Source: Haliotis cracherodii (taxonomy: Eukaryota). Taken from it: 64,000 nucleotides of DNA. Under the pieces are notes generated by a model. It did not search any database. It was not told where the DNA came from and saw only the letters and a program-made list of their open reading frames with translations. How positions within the stretch are numbered: position 1 is the stretch's first letter; every line of letters starts with the position of its first letter. This document shows, piece after piece, positions 38,424 through 52,369 of the stretch. Made by a program: the position numbers and the translations under genes. The stretch covers positions 73,780,001 to 73,844,000 of the forward strand of contig NW_027266275.1 in the NCBI RefSeq assembly GCF_022045235.1, given 5' to 3'.

Positions 38424-38705
38424 CCCCGTGAAGATCCGGGTTAGAATAGGTCTTCAGCAACCCATGCTTATCCCCGTGAAGATCCGGGTAGAATAGGTTT
38501 TCAGCAACCCATGCGTGCCGTAAGAGGCGACTAACGGGATCGGGTGGTCAGGCTAGCTGACTTCGTTGATGCATGTCATCGATCCAAATTGCGTGGATCG
38601 ATGCTCATGATGTCAATCACTAGATTGTCTGGTCCAGACTCGATTATTTACAGACCGCCGTCATAAAGCTGGAATATTGGCGAGTGCGGCGTAAAACAAC
38701 CAACC
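38424..38705 (+). mobile_element. family B SINE-like repeat with duplicated head
   Basis: CCCCGTGAAGATCCGGG...CAACCCATGC occurs twice in tandem before the body. Confidence 0.8.
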
Positions 38706-39237
38706 ATTACAGAAAGTAGGTTTATGAGGTAAAACGTGAATATGAAAGAGTGAGAATTATCCAAACTATAGAAACTAATCCAAACCAATACCCGTCATCA
38801 CCCAGTGAAGCACTGAAGGACCAATTCTGCAGTTTGTGTTTTTATTTCAGTGCTGACAGTTTGACAGTTTGAAATGATCGGAGTATGTTCTAAAAATACG
38901 GAAAAGGCCAAATGAAAATATACATGCTGCCAAACATTCAATTAAATTAACAGTACTTACGTCATCGGCTACACATAAACGTTGGTATAAACTAGTGTCC
39001 AACTAGGGTCGCAACGTCACAAGACAAAAATCACTGAGTAACGATATGTATACCATATGAACTCGGATACGCAGCTGAAAGTCTCCTTTACACATAGCTG
39101 AAAGTGTGATGGTAATATGTTTGGAGACTGACACTTACACGCTTCAATCTGTGTTGAGCCACCGTGACTACTGCAACTGATATACAATCAATACTACAGA
39201 CAAACTGCAGCGACCGAAGTTTTTACACTCACCATTA

Positions 39238-39440
39238 GAGCGGTAGACGGGTGCGGTAGACGGGTGCGGTAGACGGGAGCGGTAGAAGGGAGCGGTAGAA
39301 GGGAGCGGTAGAAGGGAGCGGTGACGGGTGCGGTAGACGGGTGCGGTAGACGGGAGCGGTGACGGGTGCGGTAGACGGGTGCGGTAGACGGGAGCGGTGA
39401 CGGTTGCGGTAGACGGGTGCGGTAGACGGAAAGCGGGGGC
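39238..39440. repeat. 12-13-bp GC-rich tandem repeat
   Basis: GCGGTAGACGGGT / GCGGTAGAAGGGA, about 15 copies. Confidence 0.95.
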
Positions 39441-39464
39441 AAGGATGCCTGTACAAGTACAAAT

Positions 39465-42400
39465 TGAGATCAGATGTCATTCCTCACACACAGGAACACG
39501 AACTTAGAATTTAACTGACCAAAAGATAGGTAGGAAGTTTTGTCATTCTAAAGAAAGTTGTTTCGAACAGTCTGTAAGTGAGCCTAATAACTGTTAACCA
39601 TCAAATAAGTGCAGCTTGAAACTTACCTTGTCACTTAGTTCTGTTCAACATCCATCCACGTCAGTGGTAGACTGATACTGCCAACATCATACTATGGCAC
39701 CGCACATGATTAGGAATATCCTCCTTAACTCATGAATGTTAACCGCAATATTTCGCTGAGGTGACGTTTTAACCAAAAGCAAGATACTAGTGAGATATGA
39801 CACGCTCATTTTAAATCACGTACATACTTTCACAACAATCCCCTGACTGAAGACGGTTGACCAAATACAATTACCCTAGAAAATGCTTGTGAATACAACC
39901 GAGTCATCGTTCAACTAGAAAGTGTTAGCGGGTGTTTCAGGTAGAACTGTGAGCCATGAAACATCCCTCAACACCTCAGAGCTGCCGAGTCATCAGGAGG
40001 TACACATGGACACCACCAGGGACTTGTAAGTGGACGATGTGTCTAAAGCAGGACGTTGTGGAAAGGTTTGGATATACAGATAATAATACGACCAACATGT
40101 TAAGTTGGCATCTTTGCATCACGCTGGTTATGTGAAGATTGAAGAAATGGTTTATTTTGTTTAGTAATAAGATACATGGATATCGAGTATACCAGAGGGT
40201 GTCAATTCCTGCACATGAAGCGGTGTAATTGGAGGATGTTGGAGAAGGTAGCCTGTCAACACACCTGAAGAAGAAACAAAGTTTCGTTAATTTCTCAATT
40301 ATTCAATCCATTTTATAAACAAACATGACGACCAATTCACATACGCGGGGCCGTTTTTAAAGTTTTGGTTGATAGTGGACAGACAAATAATGTCGGAAAT
40401 GCACGCACTTATATGACAACTGTTCAAGGGAAATATACAGCAGGAATTCAATCTTTATACATTAAGAATTAATTCCTACAGTATAAATGACTCGTTTAAA
40501 GCTTCAGTTTTACTTACTGCATCTGAGGAGGCAACACCAGATGGCATGGGCGCTGAAGGAGGAATGACTCGGTGACCAATGGACTGTTGACGGTGAGACC
40601 AATGGTTAAGGATGGTGGAAACTGGATAGACGGTAACTACGCCTGGCAACTGAAGTACTAGTGATAAGGAGATTTTCGTTAAGATATATGAAAGAGGCAA
40701 TTAACAAACCACCGGAATAGGAACATATATTACTTGGCAACGTATACACTTATCTACTTACACCAAGTTAAGAAACTATAACTTTGTTTACGATGAGACC
40801 ATGGACAACTGGAGATGTTTACTGTCTTGGTGAGTCCGGATTAGTTTGGTAACAGTTTGATAAATTTGGGCTGAGTATGTCGGGTGAGGTACCTCAGGCA
40901 GGTGGCAGTGCAGGCAGGTGACAGTTCAGGCTGGCAGCAACTGAGGCAGGGGACTGGTGGCAACTGAGGCTGGTGGCAACTGAGGCTGGTGGCAGGAAGC
41001 AACCGAGGCACCTGGCAAATGAGGTATGTGGCAACTGAGGCTGAAAGAGGCAAAAAGACCATCTTTAGAATTTAGAAATTTTCCAATCACAATATCATAT
41101 ACTTGTTCCTCTTTGACGAGGTGTATGGAATTGGAGTTTCTGGGACATTTAAGGAATGTAGAGTTACCATTGCATGTGGAAAGGTGAGGGGGTGAATGAA
41201 AAGCGAACAGTGGTCGATGGGATGGTAGAATGATCAACATGAGTACAATCACACATGTGTTTATTTGTTTGTTGTTTAACGGCACATTCAGCAATATTCC
41301 AGCTATATGACTGCGGTCTGTAAATAATCGAGTCTAGACCAGGCAATCCAGTTGTTGTTGAAGACCTATTCTACCCCGGATCTTCACTGGCCATCACACA
41401 TGTGACTGGACCCGATTGTATTCAACAACCATAAGGTACTGGGTTACCTATTCTGCACATAGAATAACGCTATTAAATGTGGGTGAGTGGATGAGGCCAA
41501 TGCTCGCTAAATGCACTGTCTGTTCCCAATACAGATATTTATTATCCAAACATACACTCGCGTGATAACATCTATTTTTATTATGTGGATATTATTAATT
41601 GCCCACTGTGTCTTAGGCTGTAGGTGCAATGGAGTGGCGTCTCTTGATGTTTACAGTCTTCATTGTGTATATAAAGTATCCAGTTAAATTGCAGGGATCT
41701 AGTGTTCATATACTCACCATAGACTAGAGCTAGGGCCTGTTAGGCGGGCGTGGTAGGCCGGCGTGGTGTACATCTGCGACAAACGTCCCTGTGAAAGTAC
41801 AGATCGTGATCAGATGCAGGAACACAAACAGAACTGAATTGACGAAAGGCGTGTCGGGTAAAGAAAAAGATAGGAAGTTTTGTACTTCTTAAGAAAGTTC
41901 TTAGGAAGAGTCTGTCCATAGAATTTAGAATTGAAATTATGAACACGGTGTTCTATAAGTCTGGGAGTTCTGAATGTCTTAAGACAGTTGTTTGGAAGAG
42001 CCAGTCTATAAAGTAAGTTACACTATTTAACCATCAAATAAGCACAGTTTGGAACTTACCTTGTCACTTAATTCTGTTCAAGAATCATCCATCTTCGTTG
42101 AAGACTGATACAGCCAACATCCTTCCACAACACCGCACATGATTAGGAATATCCTTAACTCATGAATGTTAACCGAAATATTTTGTTGAGGTGACGCTTT
42201 AACCCATCGGACACACAAGTAAGATCTGACACGCTCATTTCAATGCGCTTATTAAAATCTTTCACAACAATCCCGACTGAAGACGGTTGACCAAATACAA
42301 TTACCCAAGAAAATGCTTGTGAATACAACCGAGTCATCGTTCAACTAGAAAGTGTTAGCGGGTGTTTCAGGTAGTAATGTGAGCCATGAAACATGAAACA

Positions 42401-43700
42401 CCCCTCAACACCTCAGAGCTGCCGAGTCATCAGGAGGTACATATGGACACCGCCAGGGACTTGTAAGTGGACGATGTGTCTAAAGCAGGACGTTGTGGAA
42501 AGGTTTGGATATACAGATAATGATAAGACCAACATGTTAAGTTGGCATCTTTGGATCACGCTATTTTATTTAGTGATAAGATACATGGACATCGAGCGTA
42601 TCAGGGGGCATCAATTCCTGCACATGAAGCGGTGTAATTGACTGATGTTGGAGAAGTAGCCTGTCAACACACCTGAAGAAGAAACAATATTTTGTTAATT
42701 ACAGAAATATTCAATCACCTCTTTAAACAACCATGACGATCGGATCACGTTTGTGTCCTTCGTGAAGTTGTTTATAGTGGACGGAAGAGTATCTGGAAAG
42801 TATGTACTAACATAACCACTGCCAAAGTGAGCTGTAAATCAGAAAAACAATCTTGCTTTAAAACAACAGGAAAATGTTTGCCCTAAAAAATTAATAGCTG
42901 GAGTTTAAATGATTCGTTTATAAGTTGCAAATGTGGTCGCCAATGGCAGCTTGTGGCCACAGAGGCTGGTCACCTATCGCTGCCATTTTCTGATGAACGC
43001 AGTCTGGTCGTTATTTCGATGTCTGAAGTGGTAAGAAGATTTTCGTTAACATATGTAGAAACAGATCATGTTAATGCCAGGTGATGATAAACCTAGAAAC
43101 AATCATGTCAAATCAGGATTCGAACACGAAATCATAGATAACGTGGACGTCTGTGGGAGGCAGAGTCACCTTTGCCTGTGTTGTAGAACGCCTAGTCCGC
43201 AATGTGACAGCTAATATTTTCTAACAAGCAAACTGGTCGATGGGATGGTAGAATGATCAAAGTGAGTACAATCACACATGTGACTGGCCCTAATTGTATT
43301 CAACAACCATAAGGTACTGGGTTACCTATTCTGCCCAGGGTCGCCCCGAGAGCATATAGGACATAAAGAACCCTGTCAAATGTTAGTGAGTGGGTGAGGC
43401 CAATGCTCGCTAAATGCAATGTGTTCCAAAAGGAGGGGAATGGAGTATACATGATTCGTTTATAACTTTATTTCACTTACGGCATTTGGGGATGTAACTC
43501 CAGATTAACCTGGTCGCCAGTGGCAGGTCTTGTTCAAGGAGGCTGGTCACCTATCGCTGGCGTTTCCTTATAAACTTAGCCTGGTCGTTGGTAACTACGC
43601 CTGAAGTGGTAAGGAGATTTTCGTCAACATATGTAGAAACAGACCATTTAAACACAAGGATGGACAATCCTGTTCTTTGACCAAGATACACAATCTACTT
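39465..43700. repeat. local tandem duplication of a ~2.0-2.4-kb unit
   Basis: 39470-40330 matches 41800-42740; 41213-41520 matches 43234-43420; 40630-40760 matches 43590-43700. Confidence 0.8.
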
Positions 43701-44251
43701 CTACAAGCATCTACCAACACTAATTTCCGAAACATACAAGTATGGGTTGCCGCAGGCCACTACTGACCCGGATGTTCGCGGGGCTAAACGTGGGCGAGTG
43801 AGTGAGTGCCTGTATATCATTATTCCACCAATATCAGGGCGGATACCAAGAATGGGCTGAACACATGGGATAACAACGTAGGTTTTTCGTGAGTGAGAAG
43901 CCAGCGGTTTAGACACGAGGCTAACCCACGTAGAATTGGTCGATCTGTTGATTACTCCCTTTGTAAATGATACATCTGGACACATTGGGTCAACTTACTT
44001 GTCATGCCTCCTCCAAGGGTCATCTGAAAAGCACCTGCCGGCTTGCGGACGCGTCCCCTACTCTGTAATGAAACAAACAATAATTAGACCATTACTCAGC
44101 AACTGGGTACACAGTCCCAATTATTAAAACGATACAAAACCTAAATCATGTTCCTATTGCGGAGGGTGGCTGTCGGTTCGTTTATATAACGCCGCGCTCA
44201 GTAATATTCTAGGTATATGATGGCGGTCTGTAAATGATCGAGCCTGGAACA

Positions 44252-44607
44252 AGAGGTGAGGTGAGGTGAAATTGGGTTTAACGTTGCGTCCAAGATTATT
44301 GCACTTATATAGCAACGTGCATGTACGTGTGTTTTTGTGTGGCTGCTTGTACTAGCCCGGACTGATGCCGATTTATAGTGCTAGCACACTGAGATACCAT
44401 GCCGCAGTTTAACATGAATACCCCACTCAGACACAGTATACTGACTCCGAGCCGACCAGTCCTTGTTTTAGCCCCTCAATGCCGAACGCCAGATAGGGTA
44501 GCATCAAGTACCATCTTTTAACGTCTTTTAGTATGACGCGGCCGGGGATCGAACCCCGGACCTTCCGCTCTCCGGGCGGACGCTCTACCACTAGACCACG
44601 GAGGCGG
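44252..44607 (-). mobile_element. tRNA-derived SINE (family D) nested in a family B copy (~44170-44780)
   Basis: head GACCGCCTCCGTGGTCTAGTGG...GGTTCGATCCCC; 14-bp TSD TCGAGCCTGGAACA at 44238 and 44608. Confidence 0.85.
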
Positions 44608-45773
44608 TCGAGCCTGGAACAGACAATTCATTGATTGACATTCACGCAACTGGGATACGATGACATGTTACTGAGCCTGACCACCCGATCCCGTTAGTCG
44701 CCTCTTAAAAGCACAGTCTTCATTTATGGCAAGCATTGGTTGTTGAAGATCTACTTTATGGCGGATGTTCACGGGTTTTGTGGACAGTGAGTTGGGGTAT
44801 ATTGCATGGTCGGAGTATATCAGTGTTATAGTGAAGTATCGGCTTAAAGTGAGACCAGCTTCTAGTTTAAAAAGGAACAGTCACCGTTACACTTAACATT
44901 GTAATAATAAAGATACTAATAATGTATCGATGGTGTTCCTATTGTAGAAAGTGAGTGAGTTTGGGTGTATTGTTCAAGTATATTAATGCAACATTTGAGA
45001 ACATTGTTCTTGATTTAGATCTCGAAAATTTTCAAGCTTGCTGTTGAGACTGACATATTTGAATTCCACTTACAATGAAAGATAGATGTTCTACATATTC
45101 TGTATCGGATTCCTAGTCTGAATTAAGGATCACGTTCATTCTAAAAAAATAGCTAATATCATACAATTAAAACTATTATTTCTATCATACAGAGTAATAG
45201 CATTGCTATTACAAGAAACGTCCGTCTATCTATATGTTAATAAAACAAGAAATACCAATGCTTTTAGCATGTGTTTGGGGACATATCGGTTATTACGGTG
45301 GGGAATCAGTTTAATGTGGGACAAGCGTCTCGTGGAAGCTAGCTTCGACAATCAGCACGACTAACACTGTACATGGAAATACGTGAGTGTGTGGGTTTTA
45401 CCACAGCTTTGAACAGTCTTCTAGTTAGTGTAGGATGAACACCCGAGGCCTCAGACGTTTACATCATTGGTGGAAGCCACGAGTATGGCGCTGAGAAACA
45501 TAGAAATAATCGGTGCGAAACGGGATTCGAACCCACGTTCACAGGTTTTTGGCATGATTAAGGAACTCTGCACAGCCAATTGCGACACCTTAGATGACTG
45601 GACCGCTCATGCCCCCGAATGTGACAATGAAACACTAACGCTCTGTCGGATTGTTCCATGAACTGATGACAGCGCATTAGGAGTGTTTGTTGTAGTTGCA
45701 TTACGAAGGTACGGCAAAATGCAAATCGGTGCTTGACAAACCAGTACTTCTACAATCGTTAGGTAATGAAGTC

Positions 45774-47813
45774 TCAATAACAAATGAAGCGAAATCTCAC
45801 CGAAGTCCTCTGTGCCTCATCTAATATACGTAGTAGGGTCTGGTAGGGTTGTTGTTGTTGCTGTTGTTGCTGTTGGCGTTGTTGCCGTCGAGCGATACTC
45901 TGTTGTTCCTCTCTCCAATGTTGTTGATGTTGTTGCCGTTGTTGCCGTTGTTGCTGCTGCCTTAACAGGTTGATCGTTCTCTGTCTTTGCCTCTGATCTC
46001 TCCTCAAGTTGTTATTGGTGACCTGATTCTGAGAAAAAAATACTCATTGATAGATGAATAGTATAATATTTTATAAAGATGAAATAACCATTTGTTGTAA
46101 TTATACACACAGTGCAGTGATTCACATCATGAGCATCGATCTACACAATTGGGATACGAGGGCATGCATCAACCAAGTCAGCGAGCCTGACCACCCGATC
46201 CCGTTAGTCACCTCTCGATTACTTATAGACCGCCGTCATATGGTTGGAACGGGTGACTGTTCCTATTTAACGTCATATCGGTGAGACCTCAGCCATATCG
46301 TGACGAGTTATACATTTGATACATATATTCAGACTATAAAAACCTGACATCGATGGACAGTATAATAATACCCCAGTAATATATTGTTATGGTTGTATGC
46401 GAGTTCTATATATCAATATATATAACAATAGCTACAATACCTACAATACCTACATAGAATAATCACAGTTGGAACCGTCTGTGTCGACAAAGTGGCAAGA
46501 GTCACTGCCGTCCCAGGTGCTGCTGAGGTAGATGGAACCGCGGAGGTAGATGGAACCGCCGAAGTCGCCATAGTTGTTGCCTGTGCTGTCGTTGCTGTCG
46601 CCGTCGCTGTTGATGTTGCTGTGGACGTTGATGTCGACGGGACACCCTAAGAAGGAATGTAAGAGTTGACATTATCTACTTATGAACACACAGACAGTGC
46701 ATGTGTTCGTTATACATATTGTGTAGCGTGCCTGGACAAACTCCAGGTGGCCCAAACAACTGTTTCCCAATAAGCATGCCTGTTACCGACCCTAAAACAT
46801 ACCTCGTTTCTTCAAGGAGATTTACATTTAACAACATATAGCTATAACGCTGACAATAAAACAACACTTAGTCATCAATGTGAGTTATGAACTGAATGGC
46901 AAATCCTTCATTTTGCCTTAGCTCATTTCCTGAGTACCTGAACACTGAAATACAAATCCATGAGGTCATCTCTCGTTCTCATAAATTTGAAGTTCCGAGA
47001 ACTGATAACAATTCATCGAGTAGTTCTGTTAATAGTCGAAGAGAATATCGCGCGGTTCAGAGACTCGATTACGTCACTGTGCAGACGGAAGACGTATAAC
47101 CAACACTGTATGTAGCCTGTGTCAACATCAAGATGTCGCGCCATCACAAGACTAGTATGCTGTTCACATCGGTGTCAAACATAAATTCATTCTGTATCTG
47201 ACTTACATGTGCCTTTAGCCTCCTGTTTTCCTCTTTCAGTAGACGGTTCTCCTCAAGGACTCGCCGGTTCTCCTCATGGAGTCGTCGGTTCTCCTCGCGG
47301 AGCTGGAGGAGCTCAGCCTCGACAAGCTGCCACACAACAAATGTAAGATGTCAGCCTATTGCATTTGTAATGCTTCATATTTTGCCCACCCTGCGTAAAT
47401 AGGCTTAAAACCCCTCTAACCCACCCAATAGTCAAATAAACACAACACACGACACATGGGAGTAAGACAGTAGGCATGTACACAGAACTAGTAGGCGTGT
47501 ATAGAAAGGGTTGAAGCAGTTAATCAAACCAAAACTATTGTGTTAACTCACATTCAATGGCGCCGCACCCCGATGACGTGCCACTGTTGTCCTCCTCGTT
47601 GATGCCGATGTGGTCGTCATCGGGGTGGCAAAGGGCGTCGAGGAAGTAGAAACCCTTGACGTTGACGGTGTCTGGTCAGATGCCTGCGGCTGGGTCGACT
47701 GGCTAGACTGGCTAGACTGGGGTGTCTGCTGCTGGGTCGACTTGGTAGACTGGGTAGACTGAGTCGCCTGCTGTTGGGTCGCTCCGGGTGCCTGCGGGGC
47801 TAAACCAAGTGAT
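45774..47813 (-). CDS. 3' part of a putative multi-exon Thr/Ser/Gln-rich coiled-coil protein gene; 5' exons not found
   Basis: exons 47813-47552, 47326-47207, 46646-~46467 and 46028-45774 have AG/GT boundaries and splice in phase 0 without stops; EENRRLH heptad repeats. Confidence 0.5.
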
Positions 47814-49083
47814 CTGAGAAAACTGTACATGTTTCCTAGAAATCTTGAAATAATCGCTATAAATACTATTGACAATGGAAAATCGCAGAGATCATTAAAC
47901 GAGATGCAACTGTGGAAGCAACCATGTTTTATAGTCCAACCTGAAGGAGCAACCATTTGATGTCAAGGGGGTGGGAGGTCGGGGATTGGGGAGCTTGATT
48001 GGTTTGAGGTTAGATCACTTTACACAGACATTTGACTATACAATACCCACTTTCTGTAGGAAAAGGGCACATAGCTGTTTTCAGTAAAACAGGGCCTGGG
48101 GTCTTGTTTTAGAAAATATTGCTCACCCCACCCCCCTCAACCCCGTCAATAAGATGGTTGTTCCCATAGTCCCATTCAAACCAGCAAGCACGTGCCCAGG
48201 GACTATTAGGATATTCAGGGACAAGCAACTGAAAGTGTGTAGATTGACGTAGTCTCGTGATGCTCATGCATGTTGCCAAGTCACCAGCCCTTGAAACAAT
48301 GGGGAGCCGTCACCAACCTCCATGCAACGACGCTCTGGCTGGACATGTCGAACGTGCTCTACTCGAGTATCAGGCCTTGCACCTTTCATGGGACATCAGC
48401 CAGACAGTGGAAATCAACATGTGTTAAAACATCTCACACTTAATGTTTTACAAATAACATCATTTGCAGTTGATCGTTCTTGATCATTATCCATGTTTCA
48501 ACGTCCATTGTCCAAAGGCTATCGTAAAATTCAGTCAGTATTGTTAGAATAGCTGTACTTTCCATGCTTTTCCTAACCGGCGTGCATAACACATTAGTAA
48601 ACTTTATTATCAGTGGTACGGATTTCATTAAAGCAAATTTTCAGAAATAACCAGATTGATACTAACTTTTATATTTGATTTGACAGGGATCCCTACAAGT
48701 AAGTACTTTAACTTACAAGGGGACGGTGGGGTAACCCATGGGATATAACATTCGCTCGGCAAGCCGAAGATCGGTTCGATTCCCCTCATTGGTGGACCGC
48801 CTACGTGGTCTTGTGGTTGGTTGGCTGGTTGTTTAACGCCGCACTCAGCAATATTAAAGCTATATGACAGCAGTTTTCTACCCTGGATATTACTGGTCAG
48901 TGTTGTGGTAAAACGTCTGTCCGGGGAGCCAAAGGTCGTGATTACTATCCCCGGCGGCGTCATACCAAAAGACGTTAAAAGATGGTACATGATGTTACCA
49001 TGGCGCTCGGCATTCAGGGGCTAAAACAGTGTCTAGCACGATAAAATCGGCATTAGTACAGACCATTACAAGCAAGCAAGCAA

Positions 49084-49129
<46 letters not shown>

Positions 49130-49591
49130 AAGGACGTCGCTTTCTTAGTGCAATAATCTTGAACGCGACGTTAAGCCCCTTTTCACATTACCTCCTCTTT
49201 ATTTGATTCATTTTCAATACAATAACTTTTAAAAATATCGATTTTTGAGTAGAAAGTCTGATCTTGTGAGATGTATTGAGAGATTACAGACATGTTACAG
49301 ACATGGGTTTTAAATGTAAATTTGTGTTATTTATAGAGAGAATAGCGTGAATTGGTCGTTTAGCGTAATATAATCCGTGGTCGTTTAGCGTAATATAATA
49401 TTGTGGCGCAGACGGTGTTATCCTGTTTAATTTGTGATAATATTTGATATGTTTCTGTGTTCAGTAAATTTTGACGTAAGTCTCCCACTTTCATTGTGAA
49501 CTGTCAGCAATCTGAACAGCCAAACCAGTTGCTGCCAGAATGATGTACCACTACCGTCGCTACCACCACTACTACTAAACCACTGTTACTA

Positions 49592-49860
49592 CGGGGGCAC
49601 CGATGGCCCAGTCGTCTAAGGCGTCGCGATTCGCTGATTAGAGTTGCGTCCCTTGGGCACGCCAGAAACCTATGATTGTGGTTTCGAATCCCGGTAAGGC
49701 CAAATTATGTATCTAGGTTTGTCAGCACCATACCCGTGCTCGTGGGTTTCACCGAAGTGGTGAACGTCTGAGACCTGCATCACTTCGGGCTTTCCGCCCA
49801 CATTAAGCTGACACGCCGCGATATAACTTGAATACTGTTAAAAGCGGCCAACTCACTCAC
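49592..49860 (+). mobile_element. family C SINE
   Basis: GGGGGCACCGATGGCCCAGTCGTCTAAGG head and ACTCACTCAC tail. Confidence 0.85.
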
Positions 49861-49998
49861 TGTTTCTACGACAAACGCTACCACCAACACCACAACCACT
49901 ACCTCTACACCACCGTCACCACGACTACCACCACCACCACCATTATTACTACTACTGCAACTATAACTACTACTACTACAACAAGTGACAACCACCCA

Positions 49999-50270
49999 CC
50001 CGTGAAGATCCGGGGTAGAATAGGTCTTCAGTAACCAATGCTTGTCGTAAATGGCGACAATGCTTGTCGTTAGAGGCGACTAAGGAATCGGGTGGTCAGG
50101 CTCGCTGACTTGGTTGATGCATGTCATCGTATTCCAATTGCGTGGAACGATGGTCATGATGTCAATCACTGGATTGTCTGGTTCAGCCTCGAGTATTTAC
50201 AGACCGCCGTGATATAGCTGGGCTATTGCTAAGTGCAGCGATAAACAAGAAATAAACAAAAAAACAAACA
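49999..50270 (+). mobile_element. family B SINE-like repeat followed by a degenerate CA-rich tract (50300-50490)
   Basis: family B core. Confidence 0.8.
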
Positions 50271-50639
50271 TAAGACGCGTCGGCGTAATGCATGATACAC
50301 AATACCACACCACACCACAACCATAAGCAAACACATAAGCACCACAATACACCATGCATACAACACATACAAACACATACACATCACACCACACATACAT
50401 ACATAGACACTACACACATGCACACCACAATACACCATACATACAAACCAAGCACATACACACCACACCCTACCACACCACACCCTACTGGTAAATATAT
50501 TTAAAGTAAGCCGTCCCAACAACTTAAACCACAAATAAAAATTACATCACTGTCCATTGCCAATCCTCTACGCTTGTTATTCAATTTATCTCCTGAACAA
50601 TTCCCATCACGGTGGAAACTAGCTGACGCAATGCCTGGG

Positions 50640-51040
50640 TACAAAAATGGAGATAAATCCCACCCTTCCAAAGACAGGCATATTTCACTTGTCTTGGAAA
50701 AATATTTGAAAGAATGTGTAATATATTTCTAGAAAATAAACTACTTTCCAAATATAAGTCGGGATTCATCCCAAACAATTGTAATCAACAGATGGAAATT
50801 TATCATCACATTTGTAATTCGCTTGAGGATTATAATTATTTTTGTATGTTTTGTGATATGTCTGAGGCATTCCACAGGGTATTGCACAGCGGTATATCGC
50901 CTAAACGACAACAATATGTTATTACTGGTAAATTGTCAGCTTGGTATCGTAGTTATCTGTCACATAGTTGCCAAAAAGTATTTAGAAATGGTAGATTATC
51001 AAGTAAATAATTTACCAAATCAGGGACCCCACAGTGCTGG
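50640..51040 (+). mobile_element. CR1/L2-type LINE reverse transcriptase fragment
   Basis: LLSKYKSGF...FCDMSEAFHRVLHSG resembles QxGF...DxSKAFDRV RT motifs; followed by (CT)n at ~51055-51121. Confidence 0.65.
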
Positions 51041-51053
51041 TGCTAGTGCTAGG

Positions 51054-51125
<72 letters not shown>

Positions 51126-51718
51126 TCTCACACTCACACACCATGGAGAGTGAGTGGATGTATTATGTCATATTTCCTAATTGGTACTAATTATTGTTTG
51201 TTATTGCAGTGAACATTGCCAGAACAACATCCCCAGAAATAGAAGGTGGATCATATGATACGGGTGATTCTGACTTCTTCACTCCGGATTTGGAGTTGAG
51301 TAACACTTGATCAATCTGTCAACACAAAGTTGTACTCCTGACAAAGGCATCCACTTGGCAAGGACATACCATTGGAGGTTGGGAACACCAAGCATGAAAA
51401 CTGTCCCTATACTTTGTGTTGGAGTGTCATTTGTTAACATTCCTTGCGGTCACATTCTTCATAATGGACAAGGATAATGAAACTGTATTGTTCACAGACA
51501 CGGCAATAATAACGACGGCGATAACTGGATTAGTCAACGCATTGGACATTATTGAAAACATCGTCATCATCTTCATCATTGCCAAGACGCCTGCCGTGAG
51601 ATGATTCTCTGGAGCTCTCATGGTAAACCATGCTGGAGCTGACGTCATTCAGGAAAGTATCATTCAGACTGTCATATTTTTGTTTGTTATTCGTCCTGGA
51701 ATGGTTCAATTTGACATA

Positions 51719-52239
51719 AGTAGTTGTGTACTGTAGTGTGGAACCACCTCAGGATTATGGAACCGCTCAGGATTATGGAACCAAGATGGCGGCACATCCT
51801 CTGTGACGTCACTTCCGGTCACGTGACCTGCGCAGTGCATGATGGGACTCTGCGCGTGCGCCTCCAAGATGGCGTCGCTTCCGTTTCCGGTGGCGTGCGC
51901 CTCCAAGAGGGCGTGGCTTCCGTGTCCGGTGGCGCGCGCCTCCAAGAGGGCGTCGCTTCCGTGTCCGGAGTCGCGCGCCTCCAAGAGGGGCGTCGCTTCC
52001 GTGTCCGGAGGCGCGCGCCTCCAAGAGGGTGGCGCTTCCGTGTCCGGTGGCGCGCGCCTCCAGGGGTGGCGGTGGTGGAGGGAGGGAGGGAGGGAGGGAG
52101 GGAGGGTGGTGGTGATGAAGGGAGGAAGGAAAGGAGGAAAGGAGGAGGAGACGGGTTCATGGTTTGGTTTGGAGGGTCGTCAAAGCAAAGGAGGAAAGTT
52201 GTCTTTCGGGAGAGATGGGTGGCCCTGAAAAGGGCCGTT
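51719..52239 (+). repeat. left TIR (521 bp) with ~6 internal 38-39-bp GC-rich repeats
   Basis: reverse complement of 62598-63118; mirror ORFs in the ORF track give identical translations. Confidence 0.95.
52201..52239 (-). terminator. histone-type 3' stem-loop and putative HDE ending the CCHC gene
   Basis: minus strand AACGGCCCTTTTCAGGGCCACCCA...CCGAAAGAC; stem-loop at 52221-52236, 133 nt after the stop. Confidence 0.8.
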
Positions 52240-52369
52240 GGAAAACAAACTGGAAACTGGAAACTGAAAACGACAGGAAACGTCAGGAACACTGGAACAC
52301 TGGAACACTGGAAAAACTGCAAACGATGGGACACTGGTAAAAAACAGTGGGGTAGCATGGTCCCATGCG

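Noticed and set aside
48270-48628. Candidate first exons for the 45.8-47.8 kb gene
   Set aside because: I could not find a consistent ATG, donor and phase-2 junction by eye.
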